64,000 nt of DNA. Source: Squalus acanthias. Lineage: Eukaryota. The number at the start of each line of letters is the position of its first letter. Position 1 is the first letter of the stretch. This document shows, in pieces, positions 61,449-64,000 of this stretch. A program made the position numbers and the translations under genes. Below the pieces are notes generated by a model. It did no database searches and had not been told where the DNA came from. It saw nothing but the letters and a program-made list of their open reading frames with translations. Where the stretch lies: assembly GCA_030390025.1 (NCBI GenBank), contig CM059431.1, positions 140,060,001 through 140,124,000 on the forward strand, read 5' to 3'.

Positions 61449-63256
61449 GGGGTGTGGGTGTGTTGGCTGGGTCAGTGGGGTGTGTGTGTGGGGCTGGGTC
61501 AGTGGGGTGTGGGTGTTGGGTCTGTGGGGTTTCGTTGTGGCGCTGTGTCAGTGGGGTGTGGGTGTGCTGCTGAGTCAGTGAGGTGTGGGTGTGGGGCTGG
61601 GTCAGTGGGGTGTGGGGCTGGGTCAGTGTGGTGAGGGTGTGGGGCTGGATCAGTGGGGTGTGGGACTGGGTCAGTGGGGTGTGGGACTGGTCAGTGTGTT
61701 GTGGGTGTGGGGCTGGGTCAGTGGGGTGTGAGTGTAGGGCTGAGTCAGTGGGGTGTCGGTGTGGGGCTGGGTCAGTGGGGTGTCGGTGTGGGGTTGGGTC
61801 AGTGGGGTGTAGAGCTGGGTCAGTGGGGTGTGGGTGTGGGGCTGGGTCAGTGGTGTGTGGGTGTGGGACTGGGTCAGTGGGGTGTTTGGTGCGGGGCTGG
61901 GTCAGTGATGTGTGTGGCTGGGTCAGTGGGGTGTGGGATTGGGGCTGGGTCAGTAGGGTGTGCGGCTGGGTCAGTGGGGTGTGGGGCTGGTCAGTGTGTT
62001 GTGGGTGTGGGGCTGGGTCAGTGGGGTATGGGGCTGGGTCAGTGGGGTGTGGGTATGGGGCTGGGTCAGTGGGGTGTGGGTGTGGGGCTGGGTCAGTGGG
62101 GTGTGGGTGTGGGGCTGGGTCAGTGGGGTGTGGGACTGGATCAGTGGGGTGTGGGGCTGGTCAGTGTGTTGTGGGTGTGGGGCTGGGTCAGTGGGGTGTG
62201 AGGCTGGGTCAGTGGGGTGAGCTGGTCAGTGGGGTGTCGGTGTGGGACTGGATCAGTGGGGTGTGGGTGTGTGGCTGGGTCATTAAGGTGTCGGTTTGGG
62301 GCTGGGTCAGTGTGGTGTGGGTGTGGGTCTGGGTCAGTAGGGGTGTCAGTGTGGTGCTGGGTCAGTGGGGTGTGGGGCTGGTTCAGTGGGGGGTGGGGCT
62401 GGGTCCGTGGGCTGTCGGTGTGGGGCTGGGTCAGTGTGTGTGGGTTGTGTGTCTGGGTCAGTGTGGTGTGGGTTTGGGGCTGGGTCAGTGGGGTGTGGGT
62501 GTGTGGCTGGGTCAGTGGGGTGGGGGTTTGGGGCTGGTTCAGTGGGGTATGGGTGTAGCGTTTGTTGAGTGGGGTGTCGGTATGTGGTTGGGTCAGTGGG
62601 GTGTGGGGCTGGGTCAGTGAGGTGTGGGTGTGCGGCTAGGTCAGTGGGCTGTCGGTGTGAGGCTGGGTCAGTGGGGTGTGGGGCTGGGTCAGTGGGTTGT
62701 GTGGCTGGGTCAGTGGGGTTTCGAGGCTGGGTCAGTGGGTTGTGGGGCTGGGTCAGGTTGTTGTTGGTGTGGGGCTGGGTCAGTGTCGCGTCGAGGCTGG
62801 GTCAGTGGGGTGTGGGGCTGGGTCAGTGGGGTGTGGGTGTGTGGCTGGGTCAGTGGGGTGTGTGGCTGGGTCAGTGGGATGTTGGTGTGGGGCTGGGTCA
62901 GTGGGGTGTGGGTGTGGGGCTGGGTCAGTGGGGTGTGGGGGTGGGTCAGTGGGGTGTGGGTGTGGGTTGGGTCAGTGTGGTGTGGGTGTGGGACTGGGTC
63001 AGTGGTGTGTGGGTGTGGGTTGGGTCAGTGTGGTGTGGGTGTGGGGCTGGGTCAGTGGGGTGTCGGTGTGGGGCTGGGTCAGTGTGGTGTGGGTGTGGGG
63101 CTGGTTCAGTGGGGTGTCGGTGTGGGGCTGGGTCAGTGGTGTGTCGGTGTGGGGCTGGGTCAGTGTGGTGTGGCTGTGGGGCTGGGTCAGTTGGGTGTGG
63201 GTGTGGGTTAGGTCTGTGTGGTGTGGGTGTGGGGCTCGGTCAGTGCGGTGTTGGTT
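61449..63256. repeat. 21/27-bp satellite, inverted (G-rich on the + strand)
   Basis: GGGGTGTGGGGCTGGGTCAGT units, the reverse complement of the flanking arrays. Confidence 0.97.
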
Positions 63257-63271
63257 CAGAGGAGGGTCTGT

Positions 63272-63794
63272 ACCCCACTGACCAAGGCCCACACCGACAC
63301 CGCACTGACCCAGCCCCACACCGTCACCCCACTGACCCAGCCCCTCACAGACCCCTACTGACCCAGCCGCACACCCACACCCCACTGACCCAGCCCCACA
63401 TCCCACTGAACCAGCCGCACACCCCACTGATCCAGCCACACACCCACACCTCACTGACCCAGCCCCACACCCCCACCCCACTGACCCAGCCCCACACCGA
63501 CACCCCACTGACGCAGCCTCACACCGACCCCTACTGACCCAGCCCTACACCCACACCCCACTGACCGAGCCCCACACCGACACCCCACTGACCCAGCCCC
63601 ACACCCACACCCCACTGGCCCAGCCCCACACCGACACACCACTGACCCAGCCCTACACCGACAGGCTATTTACCCTGTCCTACACCGACACTCCTCTGAC
63701 CCAGCCCTACACCGACAACCCACTGACCCAGCCCCACACCCACACCCCACTGACCAGCCCTACACCGACACCCCATTTACCCTGTCCTACACCG
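63272..63794. repeat. 21/27-bp satellite, C-rich orientation
   Basis: Visible tandem units. Confidence 0.95.
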
Positions 63795-64000
63795 AGAGCG
63801 AACTGATATATTCCCAAACCGACCATCAAACGGATCATGTCCGCAGTGAGTGTACAACACTGTCAGATCGGGTTTGGGAGGTAGAATGTACCGAGTGCGG
63901 ACAACGGAAGGGCTCCCACATCGCAGTGTGCGAGCAGCTTGTCAGGAAGATGCTCAGTGATAGAGTTATAGTTGAGGAGAAAAGAAACAGCTGATGAAAC

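Overview
Eukaryotic, repeat-saturated, heterochromatin-like DNA. It is most likely from a cartilaginous fish (shark or ray), judged from an HE1/V-SINE-type element, abundant CR1 LINEs with esterase-type ORF1, and Penelope-like tails. About two thirds of the window is three tandem repeat families. These are a 23-bp satellite (1-10.5 kb), a 21/27-bp C-rich/G-rich satellite (18.8-25.0 kb and 59.0-63.8 kb, with an internal inversion) and a 39-bp BamHI-site satellite (25.0-42.1 kb and 46.5-51.9 kb). All three show higher-order periodicity. Most of the rest is nested, decayed retroelements. I found no intact host protein-coding gene, and the long ORFs in the track are satellite artefacts. Four observations stand out. 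(i) The 23-bp satellite monomer reads in frame into, and appears derived from, a CR1 reverse-transcriptase segment at its right edge. (ii) Both 39-bp arrays end in the same paralogous ~750-bp low-copy flank. (iii) A ~1.3-kb tandem duplication at 43.1-45.7 kb keeps a minus-strand promoter-like and splice architecture, with 77-nt and 96-nt introns in both copies. (iv) There is a four-level LINE/LINE/LINE/SINE nest, and two Penelope tails carry degenerate hammerhead ribozyme motifs. I cannot support a wholly new biological system from the sequence alone.
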